A program made the translations under genes and the position numbers. Positions 50,214-62,995 of a stretch of DNA of 64,000 nucleotides are shown piece after piece. Within the stretch, counting starts at the first letter, position 1, and the number at the start of each line of letters is the position of its first letter. Source of the DNA: Felis catus (taxonomy: Eukaryota); contig NC_058368.1 in NCBI RefSeq assembly GCF_018350175.1, positions 123,940,001 through 124,004,000 on the forward strand. The letters are read 5' to 3'. The notes beneath the pieces are model-generated. The model was given only the letters and a program-made list of their open reading frames with translations, did not search any database and was not told the DNA's origin.

Positions 50214-50445
50214 TATTTATTTATTTAAAAAAATTTTTTTTTCACTTTTATTTACTTTTGAGACAGGGAGAGAGACAGAGCATGAATGGGGGAGGGTCAG
50301 AGAGAGGGAGACACAGAATCTGAAACAGGCTCCAGGCTCTGAGCTGTCAGCCCAGAGCCCGACGCGGGGCTCGAACTCACAGACCGCGAGATCATGACCT
50401 GAGCCGAAGTCAGCCGCTCAACCGACTGAGCCACCCATGCGCCCC
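50214..50445 (-). mobile_element. Young felid SINE
   Basis: TSD taaccatgatatttt. Confidence 0.93.
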
Positions 50446-50469
50446 TAACCATGATATTTTTAAATTAAA

Positions 50470-53010
50470 AAAAATTTTTTAAGACTAGATTTTTTAGAGT
50501 GGTTTTAGTTCATAGCAAAATTGAGGGGAAGGCATAGATATTTCCAATGTGACCTATTCCACACCTGTGTAGCCTCCCCCATTATCAACATTCCCAACCA
50601 TATTTGTACATTTATTACAGTTGAACCTACACTGACACTTTATAATCACCTAAAGTCCATAGTTCACATTATAGCTCACTCTTGGTGTTGTATGTTCTGT
50701 GGGTTTGGATGAATGTATAATGACATGTATCCATCATGTATCAAAAAGAGCATTTTCAGTGCCCTAAAAATCCTCTGTATGCTGCCTATTCATCTCTCTT
50801 CCTCCCCTATCCCCTAGCAACCAATGCTGTTTTTACTGTCTACATAGTTTTACCTTTTCTAGGGTGTCACACAGTTGGAATCATACAGTATGTAGGCTTT
50901 TCACATTGGGTTCTTTCACTTAGTAATATGCATTTAAGCTTCCTCCATGTCTTTTCATGGCTTGATAGCTCAGTTTTTTTTTTTTTTAAAGCAATGAATA
51001 ATATGCTGTTGTCTGGATGTAGCACAATTTTAAATTTATTCACCTGCTGATGGATGTATTGATTGCTTCCAAGTTTTGGCTATAAAGCTGCTATAAACAC
51101 AACCATGTGCAGGTTTTTGTGTGGATATGAGTTTTCAGCTCCTTTGGGTAAATACCAGAGAGCACTCTTGCTAGATGATATGGTAGGAGTATGTTTAGTT
51201 TTGTAAGAAACTACCAAACTGTCTTGCTAAATATCAATACCCTTTTACCTTCCCATCAAATAAATGAGTTCCTGTTGCTATATATCCTTGCTAGCATTTG
51301 ATATTTTCAGTGTTAATGGATTTGGGCCCTCCATATAGGTATATGGTGGTATCTTAATGTTTTAATTTGCATTTCTCTGATGTCCTATCATGTGGAGTAT
51401 CTTTCCATATGCCTGTTTGCCATCCGTGTATCTCTTTTGTTGAGGTCTCTGTTACGGTCTTGGACCCATTTTTTAATTGGATTTGTTTTCTTGTTGAATT
51501 TTAAGAGTTCTTTGTTTTGGCTAACAGTCCTTTATCAGATGTGTTCTTAGATATTTTCTCCCAGTGTGTGGCTTGTTTTCTCATTTTTTTGACATTGCGT
51601 TTTGCAGAGCAGAAGTTTTTAACTTCAGTGAAGTTCAGCTTATCACTTATTTCTTTAATGGATCATACATTTGGTGTTGTGTCTAATAAGTCATCTCCAT
51701 ACCCAAGGTCATCTATGTTTTCTTCTATGTTTTCTTCCAGATGTTGTATAGTTTTGCACATACATTTAGATCTGTGATCCATTTTGAGTTAATTTTTGTG
51801 AAGGGTGTAAGGTTGGATCTGTGTTCTTTTTTTTTTCCCTCCCTGTGGGTATTTAGTTCTAGCACCATTCTTTGAAGACTGTCTTTGTTCCATTGTACTG
51901 CCTTTTGACCCTATTTATGTGGATGTTTCTTGGTCTCTGTTCTGTTCCATTGATTGATTCTTTTGTCAATACTACACTTTTTTTTAAATCTTTTTTTGAA
52001 TATTTTATTTACTTATTTTTAAGAGAGAAAGAGCACAAGGAGGGGAGGGACACACAGAGAGAGGGAGACACAGAATCTGAAGCAGGCTCCAGGCTCCAAG
52101 CTGTCAGCTCAGAGCCTGACATGGGGCTTGAACCCATGAACTGTGAGATCATGACCTGAGCTGAAGTTGGACCCTTAACCAACTGAGCCACCCACGCGCC
52201 CCAATACCTCACTGTCTTGATCACTATAGGTTTATAATATAGTATATAGTATACTATTGAAGTTGGGTAGTGTCATTCATCCAACTTTGTTCTTCTTCAA
52301 TATTATGTTGGCTATTCTAGGTATAGAATGTAAAATCTCCATATAAAAATTTAGAATTGGTTTGCCAATATCCATAAAATAACTTGCTGGGATTTTGATT
52401 GGGTTGGCATTGAATCTATAGATCAAGTTGTGAAGAACTGACATCTTGACAATAGTTTTTGTATCTATGAATGTGAAATATCTTTCCATTTATTTGGTTC
52501 TTTGGTTTTTGTTCATGAGGGTTTTGTAGTTATCCTCACAGAGATCTGTATATTTTGTTAGATTTATACCTATTCACTTTTTTTAAGTGCTAATGTAAAT
52601 GGTAATGTGTTTGATTTTCAAATTCAACTTGTTCATTACTGTTATATAGTAAAGCAGTTGGTTTTGTATATTAATCTGGTATCCTTATCCTTTGCTATAA
52701 TTGCATATTAGTTCCTGGCATTTTTTGTCTGTATTTTAGATTTTCTACATTAATGATAATGTCATTTGTGAAAAAAGAGTTTTATTTCTTCTTTCCCAAT
52801 ATGTATACCTTTCATTTTCTTTTTTTGTCTTATTACATTAGTTAGAACTTCCAGTATGATATTGAAATGGAGTGATGAGAGGGCACATCCTTGACTTGTA
52901 CATGATCTTCGTGGAAAAGCTTTGAGATTCTCAGTATTAAGTGTGATGTTACCTCTGGGTTTTTTGTAGATAGTCTTTATGAAGTTGAAGAAGCTTAACC
53001 TGCTTAACCA
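50470..53010 (-). mobile_element. Old L1M 3' fragment interrupted by a SINE (51978-52202)
   Basis: ORF 52277-52489 (IVKMSVL..LIYRFNANPIKIP) is ORF2-like; old-type 3'UTR. Confidence 0.8.
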
Positions 53011-53322
53011 TTTTTAAGTGTACAGTTGAATCCTTTATTTTGAATATGATGTAAAATAGAGATCCATTTTTTTTCTGCATAAAGTTTTCTCTGCAACATC
53101 TGTTAAACATGCTCTCTTTTCCCTGGTGATGTGTGATGCAGATTTCATCTCTTAACACAGATTTTGTCCTTTTGTTGTCTTAAAGTAATGAATAAAGCAT
53201 ATCATTCACTAACTAGTAATAAAAATAATAATCATTTAGACTTTTCTCAATTTCAGTTAATGCTCCCAAATTTTTATAATTAAAGTATGATGTTTGCTTT
53301 AGGCTTACATTAGTTGTTTTTT

Positions 53323-53541
53323 TTTTTTTTTTTTTTTTCAACGTTTATTTATTTTTGGGACAGAGAGAGACAGAGCATGAACGGGGGAGGGGCAGAGAGA
53401 GAGGGAGACACAGAATCGGAAACAGGCTCCAGGCTCTGAGCCATCAGCCCAGAGCCTGACGTGGGGCTCGAACTCCAGGACCGCGAGATCGTGACCTGGT
53501 TGAAGTCGGACGCTTAACCGACTGCGCCACCCAGGCGCCCC
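53323..53541 (-). mobile_element. Young felid SINE
   Basis: Near-consensus; TSD acattagttgtttttt at 53307 and 53579. Confidence 0.94.
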
Positions 53542-54494
53542 TTTTTTTTTTTTAAATGTTTTTTAAATTTTTTTTTTTACATTAGTTGTTTTTTAAATCA
53601 TGCCAAGGAAGTTTTTTTCCACTTCTGGTCAAATATTAGTTTTGTTTAGAAAAGGCAGTTGAATGTTAATAAATGCTTTTTTTAAAAAAATTACTTGTAT
53701 CTGTTGTCTCCTTTAAATCTCTTAATGTAGTGTTGTAAATGGAGTTCTTTAAACTTGAACAAAATTTGTATTCCTAGTATAAACCCTGCATAGCTATTTT
53801 ATTGTAGTTTTCAGTGAAACGAGATGTTAATTTTTTTTATTTAGCACTTTAAGATTAATTTATTAAGATTGGCCTCTAGTTTTCTCATGTCCTAATTTAA
53901 TTTTGATTTTATGCTTTTCATCTTTAAAAAAAAAAATAACCTCTGGAACATGGAAATTACCTGCTAATTACAAGGTTAGTTGCCTTTGTCTTCAGATCTA
54001 TGTAGACCAAGTTCTTTTTTTAAAAAGAATTTTTTTTTTTATTGAAGCACAGTGTACACACATTCACTATTTTAAAGTAAGATTCACATCATAAATGTAC
54101 AGCTTGCTGGTTTTGAATAAACTAAACATACTGCTGTGTTGAGTACCCAAATCAAAAAATAGAACATTAGTGGAGCTCTAAAATCCTTCTATGTCTTCCT
54201 TCGAAGCACCATCATTCTGACCAGGAGTAACTGCTACTGTGATTTCTGGCAGCACAGATCAGTTTTTCCTGTAAATTGGAATCATTTACAATGGAACTAT
54301 ATATTCTCTTGTGTTCAAGGTTCTCTCCATGTTATCACAAGTAGTTGTGAGTTATTCTTGGATATATGTTTTCTACTTTGTAACTGTGCTGTAAACTGTA
54401 TTAATGGGCATGTGGGTAGTTTACAGTATTTCCTGTTTTGAATATTTCTGCTGTGAATATTTTCTGGTTTGTCTTTTGGTGGATATAAAAATCT

Positions 54495-54620
54495 GTTACT
54501 CCGAATGTGGTTACCAGACTAGTAGCATTGATGTTACCTGCAAACTTCTTAAAATACAGAATCTAATGCTCCAACCAAAAGTACTGCATCAGAATCTACA
54601 CTTTAACAAGATCCCCAGTG
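54495..54620. mobile_element. MER5-like hAT remnant
   Basis: aaatacagaatct...actgcatcagaatctacactttaacaagatccccag. Confidence 0.6.
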
Positions 54621-54676
54621 CACATTACCTTTATAATTGCGTGATCTCTAGATGGAAGACTCAACATTGGTGATTT

Positions 54677-54889
54677 ATTTATTTATTTTTCAATATATGA
54701 AGTTTATTGTCAAATTGGTTTCCATACAACACCCAGTGCTCATCCCAAAAGGTGCCCTCCTCAATACCCATCACCCACCCTTCCCGCCCTCCCACCCCCC
54801 ATCAACCCTCAGTTTGTTCTCAGTTTTTAAGAGTCTCTTATGCTTTGGCTCTCTTCCACTCTAACCACTTTTTTTTTTTTTTTTCCTTC
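54677..54889 (-). mobile_element. 5'-truncated young L1 (3'UTR only, ~213 bp)
   Basis: Near-identical to the L1-B 3'UTR; TSD caacattggtgattt at 54662-54676 and 54890-54904; TTTT/AA target. Confidence 0.93.
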
Positions 54890-55164
54890 CAACATTGGTG
54901 ATTTTTAAATGTTTAGTCTTTGAGCTACTTAGGATAATGAAGGGGATTAGAAGTTAGGACAGCTGGTAGCCCTAAAAAATGAGAAGTTGTTTTAGAACTC
55001 TTTGCCACAAAGTCTTTCTCATCTTCCCTTAACCTTTTCACCTTGTGTTAAGCAGATCATTTCAGAGGAAGGTTGGAAGATCATAGAGGACTAGAACTCA
55101 TACTGAAGTCCCATAGTTGTTGGTACTTTTGCTTGGTTCAGTATGTGAGTTGTTGTTGTTGTTT

Positions 55165-55410
55165 TATTTATTTACTTATTATTTTTTTATTTAAAAAAAT
55201 TTTTTTTTCAACGTTTATTTATTTTTGGGACAGAGAGAGACAGAGCATGAACAGGCAAGGGGCAGAGAGAGAGGGAGACACAGAATCGGAAACAGGCTCC
55301 AGGCTCCGAGCCATCAGCCCAGAGCCCGACGCGGGGCTTGAACTCACTGACCGCGAGATCGTGACCTGGCTGAAGTCGGACGCCTAACCGACTGCGCCAC
55401 CCAGGCGCCC
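55165..55410 (-). mobile_element. Young felid SINE
   Basis: Near-consensus; flanked by tgttgttgtttt. Confidence 0.93.
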
Positions 55411-55762
55411 CTGTTGTTGTTTTTTTAAGTTCATAATTTGCTCCTCCTTCCTGGATCTGGTCCAAATGTGACTATATATGAGATATATTCTTTGGTCACT
55501 GGGTGGGAATTGCTTTCATTAATCTGATTTCATTTTAAATGGAGTTTATTTTTATTTCTTTTGATTTGTTTTGATAGGGTTCAGAGCACTATAGAAAAAT
55601 AGCTATGCTTCATCATTTATTTATATTACAGATTTCTGTACTGATGTTTTTCTTCCTATGTATTTTGTTGGGGATTGAACTGGATAAAATTCAGTGATGG
55701 CACTTAGTTAAATTTGTGAAAGTGAGAGCAGTAATCCCTAAAATTACTAAAGAAAAATTAAA

Positions 55763-55935
55763 CATGAAGAGAGTATGAGTGGGGGAGAGGGACAGTGGTA
55801 GAGAGAGAAAGAATCTCCAGCAGGCTCCACGTTCAGCATGGAACCCCACATGGGGCTCAATCCCACCATCCTGGGATCATGACCTGAGCCGAAAGCAAGG
55901 GTCAGACCTTCAACTGATGGAACCACCAGGCACCT
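55763..55935 (-). mobile_element. Older CanSINE
   Basis: gggatcatgacctgagccgaa...caccaggcacc. Confidence 0.75.
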
Positions 55936-57140
55936 GTTTTTTTTTGTTTTTAAAGAAACTTATTACATATGTACATTGTACACTATATTTAAGATTGCTT
56001 CTTGAGTTTTACAAAAATGGTAACTTACTATATATAGTCTTTTTCTGCAATTTGAATTTTTCACTCAGTTTTCTTTTTAAGTTTTATCCATGTTGACAGT
56101 TGTTTTGGTCCATTTATAATCATACTCTTACATGAATACACTACACATATACAATATATATAATTCTCTATAATAAATTATGGAACATATTTACATATGT
56201 AATACTCTTGTGTGACTGTGCCACATATTTTTATTCTCTTACTGATGCATATATGAGTTGTTTCCTTTTTGCTGGTACGAACAAAGCTGCCATGAACATC
56301 CCTTAAATTGCTAAGTATATTTTTTTAAGTCATAAATTGTGTTGAGTTATATCATAGACCTATGGAGGTAGTTTTTTCTTTTTAATATGTTGATGTTGTT
56401 AATTACCTTTTGAAGACATTGTGATGTTAAAATGCCCTTGCATATGGGGAAAAACCCAAGTTGGTCATAATGTTTTGTCTGTTCAGTTTCCTTTGGGGTT
56501 GTTTTGCTAATAATTGTTTTGGAGATATTGCATCTACTTGTGAGAGTTTTCCTTGTCATGTCAAAATTATGTTCACTTGGTAGAATGGGTTGGGGAATAA
56601 TTCCTCTATTTCTGGGGATGGTTGTAGAAAATTGAAATAATTTGTTCTTTGAGATTTGATAGAGCTCACCTGTAAAACTGTTTAGGCATGATGTAGAGAT
56701 TTAAGTATTGATTCAATTTCTGTATGACAGTTTGATTTGTTTATCCAGAGGAGAAGTTAATATACTTTCAAAAAGTATACTCTTTTAAAATTAGGATTAA
56801 GATTGATTTATAGCTTCACTATAGTATACGATTTGTTCTTGTTCCCCTATGTCTTTGACTGGTTTTGTTATTAGCAAACTTAAAACTGTTTTCCAGTCAG
56901 TCATGTGGTTGAAAAAAGCTATTTCCTTCCTTTGATTTCCATTCTGTTTAGTTGAGTAAGCTTTAGTTACCATTTATTTTTCTTTTGGAAAACTCCCTTA
57001 GATAGACTACTAGGCTGTTTGTTTTTCTTATTGATTTATATAATTCTCCTTTGTCCTGTGGGTGGTACATTGGAATGGCTTAAAATTTGTGTACCACCAG
57101 ATGCTAATTTGGATTTGCTTCAAAATGTTAATTGCTTTAG

Positions 57141-57218
57141 AAATGGATGATGGACCTTCTGGAAGAGATCATTTCATGAGAAGTGGATTTGCTTCTGGGA
57201 GGAGTTTGGGAAACAGAG
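57141..57218 (+). CDS. DDX4: DDX4 exon 4: (E)MDDGPSGRDHFMRSGFASGRSLGNR (78 nt, phase 1-1)
   Basis: tttag acceptor, GAG|gtaagt donor, DDX4 match. Confidence 0.96.
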
Positions 57219-58054
57219 GTAAGTATCTTTGTCTTTCATTAAAACTTCTCAACTGTAGAATGAATAGAGGCTATTATGGCTGTTGAGTGCAAAGCTAAAT
57301 CTGTTATAACTCTCTGCAGAGTAGACTTTGAGGTAATGAGTTTATCATTTTTTCAACTATGAGTGTTCTTTTTGCTTTTTTTTCCTTTTCTGGGATAGTA
57401 GGAGATAGTTCAATTGATAAAAATAGATTGGTTAGATTGATTAAAGATAGTTGCTTTACAGAGCTGCTACTTAATGTGTTTGATTATTGATTTCCAACAA
57501 TTGGCATGGGAGGAATGTTGGTAAAAACTTCACAGATGAGGGTGAGAAGAACCTGTTTTTTTTTAAATTTCTCAAGAAAGCACAGAAGCATTTCTCTTAG
57601 GTCATTAATATTAAGAGGTTATTTTCCCAGTGTTGAAACTTTTCATTGTTATTTTTAGATCAACCGTGTGATCTGATAATGACACAGCAGAACACCTTAC
57701 TATGGCCCATTTTTAAAATTGTTATTAAAATGCTGAAAGTATTCTGCTTTATGTTTTAGTATAGTGTGATAAAATATGAGAACCTCCAATTTATTTAAAT
57801 ATCTTTATGACCATTTATTTCTTTTACAAGATGCCATAAATAAGGGCTAATTGGTAGTTTTAAATACACAAAACATTTAATCTTGAATTCATTAGATGTT
57901 GAAAAATCTTACTTCTAAGGATTTTTATTCATTGGAAACTAAAGGTGTGGCATTTCATTTGATATTTGGAAAACTTAATTTCTTGTTTGGATTCAGTTAA
58001 CATAGTTAACATGTGGATCTATATTTTGATATAATTTGGAAATAATTATTTAAA

Positions 58055-58256
58055 AAAATTTTAAGTTTATTTATTTTGAGAGAGAGCATGAGTAGGGTAG
58101 GGGCAGAGAGAGAGAGGAGGGAGAGAGAACCCCAAGCAGGCTTGGAGCCATGAGCACAGAACCCAGTATGGGGCTCAAACCCATGAACTGTGAGATTATC
58201 ACGCAAGCCAGAATCAAGAGTTGGATGCTTAACCAACTGAGCCACCTAGGTCCCCC
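58055..58256 (-). mobile_element. CanSINE
   Basis: SINE body. Confidence 0.85.
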
Positions 58257-60316
58257 AATTTATTCCTTAAATATGCACATACATTCTGTTTTTAAAACCT
58301 TCATAGTAAGAAGCATTGATGAATAAAAATCATGTAATCTTGCCAAGAGGTTCAGGTGTGGGTTTTGTTAGTTATTACTAACATTAGAGATAATATCTTA
58401 ATATTACACTTAGAGAAATATTTAATATTGGATTTATTTTAAAACTTTATTTTTGAGTAGATGTTTTTAAATCCCATTTTAGAATAGATGAGGTGACACT
58501 TTTTGATGTAGATTTCAAAATATTATTGAAAAAAATCTTTTTAAAAGTTTAAATACTTTATTTTTACCAAAGCCAGAAATGTTTTGAATTAACTATTTTT
58601 AAATTTTCAAGTTCAGAAAGTATACTTATATATCTTCTTAAAGTTTTACATTAATTGAATGTACTTTTTTTCTCTTTTTTTTTAATTGAAGTATAGTTGA
58701 CCTAAAATATTGAATTAGTTTCAGGTGTACAATGAAGTAATTCATCACCTGTGTGGGTTGTGCTATGCTCACACTTACAACACTATTAACAGTACCATTG
58801 ATTATATTCCCTATGCTGTACTTTTCATCTGTGTGACTTACTCATTCCATAACTGGAAGCTTGTATCTCTGAATAAAAGCTTTTTAAATGAGAAAAACAC
58901 CACTTAGACAGTTTATACTACACGTTGTTAATTTCATATGGGTTAGGTTGAAAAACAAACTTACCCAAACTCTTGGTTGAATGTTAATACTTAAAAAAGT
59001 TACCATTGTACCACATACAATCTTGGGAATTCATAGACCCATTAATATAACTCCTTTTCGTTATTGTTAACCCGTTATTTTAGTTTCAACCTCTGTGATA
59101 TTTTTTTCTCAGAACTTGCATAGCTAGTAATTTGTTTTTGAAATTGTCTCTTAATTGATCCCCTTTTTATGTTCTATAAAGTATAACATAAATAGCTTTA
59201 ACTTCTTGAATCACACACATCTTTAGAATCTGATGAAAATATGGATGATTGCTCTTACGCAGTTTTGCAGGTCCTTTAACTTAGTTGTATTAAGATATTA
59301 CACAGATAGGTAAGACACAATTTATGAAGACCATAAGATAACACTTTAATTTTTCTAGTGATAGTGTGAAGTGGCAGTTTATGTTGTTTCAGATGTCTTT
59401 TGTTCTAGTGTTTTGTTCTAAATAACCATGCTTCTTGCCTTAGCACCTCTGCCCTCAGAAAGATTAATGTAGTGATAGAGAAACACATGGAAAGAAATAA
59501 AGTGGTAGTGTGCTGTGGGAATGTGGAGAAAGGATTGATGATGACGGGAGGTCTGAAAGAAGACTTCTTCAGATGAGGTTGCCTTTGAACTGGGGTTTTG
59601 AAGTGTGAAAGGAATTTTGATAGGAAAAAATAGGAAAACAGGGAATGCCATGCTGAAGAATTTTGGTAGGAAAATAAGAAAGCAGGGAATGCCTTGCTGA
59701 AGTATACAGGAAGGTACAAAGTATTAGAAGTTCACAGTGTGGAACATGGGACATTATTTGGTGTGAATTAAAATGTTGAGAGCTCAGTGTTATGTGGTAG
59801 GAGATAAAGTTCAAAGATAATATGAGTAAAGACGCTGGAAGAGTGGAGAGGTGATAAGGGGAGTGGTAGTCACAGCTTTTATTTCTTTATTGCCTAGTTC
59901 CTTCCTAATTTGAATTTTAAAAGTGGAAAGATTGAGAAGTTTAAATGTTAACAGAATAAATAAGTAATAAATAATTAAAAAATCGGACAAGAATATAACA
60001 TGTTCAGTAGCATGTAACCTTCATACAGGGGCATAAGTTTAAGTAGCTGGCTCTATACAGGGTGAGGTTTCAATATACAGAAAATCACAGTTGAATTTCC
60101 TCATTAAAAGTCAGGAAAAGTCATTCATGAAATAACAACTAATAGAAAGCTGTATTTTCATCAGTAGTATATTTATGGTTTTACCTTAGTATTATAACTT
60201 ATGAATTTTTTATAAAAAGTTGAAGCATATTATATCTTTATAAGTTCTTATACTTGTTTCTCCCTATCCTTGGAGGTACCTTTACCCTAAAGATTCATTT
60301 AAAATAGGGACACCTC

Positions 60317-60750
60317 GGGGCACCTGGGTGGCGCAGTCGGTTAAGCGTCCGACTTCAGCCAGGTCACGATCTCGTGGTCTGTGAGTTCGAGCCCCGCGTT
60401 GGGCTCTGGGCTGATGGCTCAGAGCCTGGAGCCTGTTTCTGATGCTGTGTCTCCCTCTCTCTCTGCCCCTCCCCCGTTCATGCTCTGTCTCTCTCTGTCC
60501 CAAAAATAAATAAACGTCGAAAAAAAAAATTTAAAATAGGGACACCTGGATAGCTCAGTTGGTTAAGCATCCAACTTTGGCTCAGGTCATGGTCTCACGG
60601 TTTGGGAGTTTGAGCCCCACGTTGGGCTCTGTGCTGACAGCTCAGAGCCTGGAGCCTGCTTCAGATTCTGTGTCTCCCTCCCTCTCTGCCCCTCCCCTGC
60701 TGGCATTCTGTGTCTCTCTCAAAAATAAGTAAACATTAAAAAAATAAAAA
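60317..60750 (+). mobile_element. Young felid SINE (60317-60529) inserted at the head of an older + SINE (60538-60750)
   Basis: Duplicated (ttt)aaaatagggacacct at 60298-60315 and 60530-60547 includes the first bases of the older SINE. Confidence 0.9.
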
Positions 60751-60796
60751 TAAAACTTAATTATTTAAAATAAAATTAAATAATTTACTTAAAGGG

Positions 60797-61010
60797 TTTT
60801 TTTTTTGTTTTTTTTTTAAATTTTTTTGAGAGAGAGAGAAAGAGCATAAGCAGGGGAGGGGCAGAGAAAAGGGGATACAGAATCCCAATTAGGCTTGGCA
60901 CCATCAGCACAAAGCCCCACACAGGGCTTAAACCCACAAACCATGAGATCATGACCTGAGCCAAGATCAAGAGTGGGACATTCAACCAACTGCACAATCA
61001 AGGCACCCCC
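60797..61010 (-). mobile_element. CanSINE, tail-to-tail with the + pair
   Basis: SINE body ending aggcacccc. Confidence 0.87.
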
Positions 61011-61221
61011 TGAAGATTTTATTTTTAAGTAATTTTTACATGCAACATGGGACTTGAATTTACAACTCTGAGGTCAAGAGACCCAGCAAGGTTTCCTCCT
61101 TTTTTTTTTTTTTTTAAAGATTTTATTTTTAAGCAATCTCAAGGAGTCCTTTAATTTCTAGTCTTTGATGGCACAGTTAGTTATATGTTTTAAAGAGTTT
61201 TAACTCTGTCTGAATTTTCAG

Positions 61222-61299
61222 ATGCTGGTGAGTCTAGTAAAAGGGAGAATACATCCACAATGGGTGGCTTTGGAGTTGGAAGGAGTTTTGGAAACAGAG
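61222..61299 (+). CDS. DDX4: DDX4 exon 5: (D)AGESSKRENTSTMGGFGVGRSFGNR (78 nt, phase 1-1)
   Basis: ttttcag acceptor, GAG|gtaaac donor, DDX4 match. Confidence 0.96.
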
Positions 61300-62534
61300 G
61301 TAAACTGCTGATGATAATCTTATAATCACAATTTGAGTGAGACCTAGTTTTTTTTTCCTGTACTCAAGACTCTTCCCCTGTGGCCCCCAGCAAGAGTTCC
61401 ATCTTATATACTTCAAAAGGTAAATTTGAGTTGAGCAAAGAACCAGTAGTAGCTTTGAAGTTACATTTTTTTTTTTTAAAAACTAAAAACTGTATATCAG
61501 AACTGGAGCATAACTTAAGATCAAGACTGATAATGTGAAGATGGACGACTTTACCAAGCATTTTGGAAACCAGACAGTTGAAGAGGGTTGAATGTTGGGA
61601 AAGGTCAGTTGTGGAGGGTAGTAGATAGATTATAATCCTTTCTGAACCAACTTAAAAGATTGCAAATACTGACATGAACTAAATAACTGAAAACTTAGGT
61701 TTTATGGAATATGCTATTTCTATATAGATTATCTTTATTTGGAAATTATGTATCTTTTCAAGGAAAAACTTTTCATCTAATTACACATTGAAGCTATGGG
61801 GTACTTACTTTTGTATCATAATTGTGTATTAGATTTCTGTGTTAAAAGGGATGTTAGATTATTTTGTACGTGAGATATTAAGTGACTTTATATATACATT
61901 CTGCATATAAATTTAATACCTGTCAAAGTGATTAGTCTCTGTATTGCAGAAGCCATCATTTAATATAAACATATTTTATAATTTTGCTTAAATACTGATT
62001 GACAGGCATCTTATATTGACATTTAATTTTAAGGTATATTATTCCATGAATGTCTTTGCACTAAAGATAATTTTAGTAAGATTCAACATTTAAAAATTTT
62101 ATGAAATATTACTGATAGATCCTTTTAAAATTAATTTTAGAGACATATCTGTATGTTCCAGAGACACGTAAATCTACGTACAGGTTTTTATTATATGAGA
62201 AATCTGAAAGTAGAGTTAAATGAAAGATGTAAAAAAAACTTGCTGAAAATAAAAAATGTTAGAAGAATTTCCTTATTACTGAGATGGGAAAAATTACTAA
62301 TTATTGGATTATAATTGAGTAATATTGTCCTCTGGCAAATGAAGAGATTGAAGGTTTTAAAACATTTGATATTTTGAATAGAAAGTATGTAGTGTGTTAT
62401 GTTGATATATAGCCCTAGTTTGACCATGTAATATAGAAGAATATATGACATCTGAGATGCTATAACGTTGGCTGACATTTTACCTTAGTTAATTGACACA
62501 AGGCAGAAATTGTTACCCAACCCATGTGAGTTTT

Positions 62535-62754
62535 TAAAAAAAAATTTTTTTTTTAACATTTATTTATTGAGAGACAGAGAGACACAAAGCATGAGCAGGG
62601 GAGGGGTAGAGAGAGGGGGAGACAGAATCTGAAGTAGGCTCCAGGCTCTGGGCTGTCAGTGCAGAGACTGATGTGGGGCTCGAACTCACAAACTGTGAGA
62701 TCATGACTTGAGCCAAAGTCGGTTGCCTAACCAACTGAGCCATCCAGGTGCCCC
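62535..62754 (-). mobile_element. CanSINE
   Basis: TSD ccaaccc(a/g)tgtgagttttt. Confidence 0.92.
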
Positions 62755-62944
62755 CCAACCCGTGTGAGTTTTTATTCAGTATTTATATTTATAGTTCTGT
62801 GTAGTTTATCCTGTATTAAAGGGGCATCATAACAAGTAGCACTTGTTTTGCTGTTTTTTGCCCTTTCTCTTTTGGTTTGTTTACCACAGAGATACAGGTA
62901 ATTGTTTTCAGAAATTTGCAAGTTTAATTTTCTATTTTGTATAG

Positions 62945-62995
62945 GTTTTTCAAATAACAAGTTTGAAGAAGGTGATAGCTCTGGTTTCTGGAGAC
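62945..62995 (+). CDS. DDX4: DDX4 exon 6: (G)FSNNKFEEGDSSGFWR (51 nt, phase 1-1); gene continues beyond the window
   Basis: tatag acceptor, GAC|gtaagt donor, matches DDX4 GFSNSRFEDGDSSGFWR. Confidence 0.94.
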
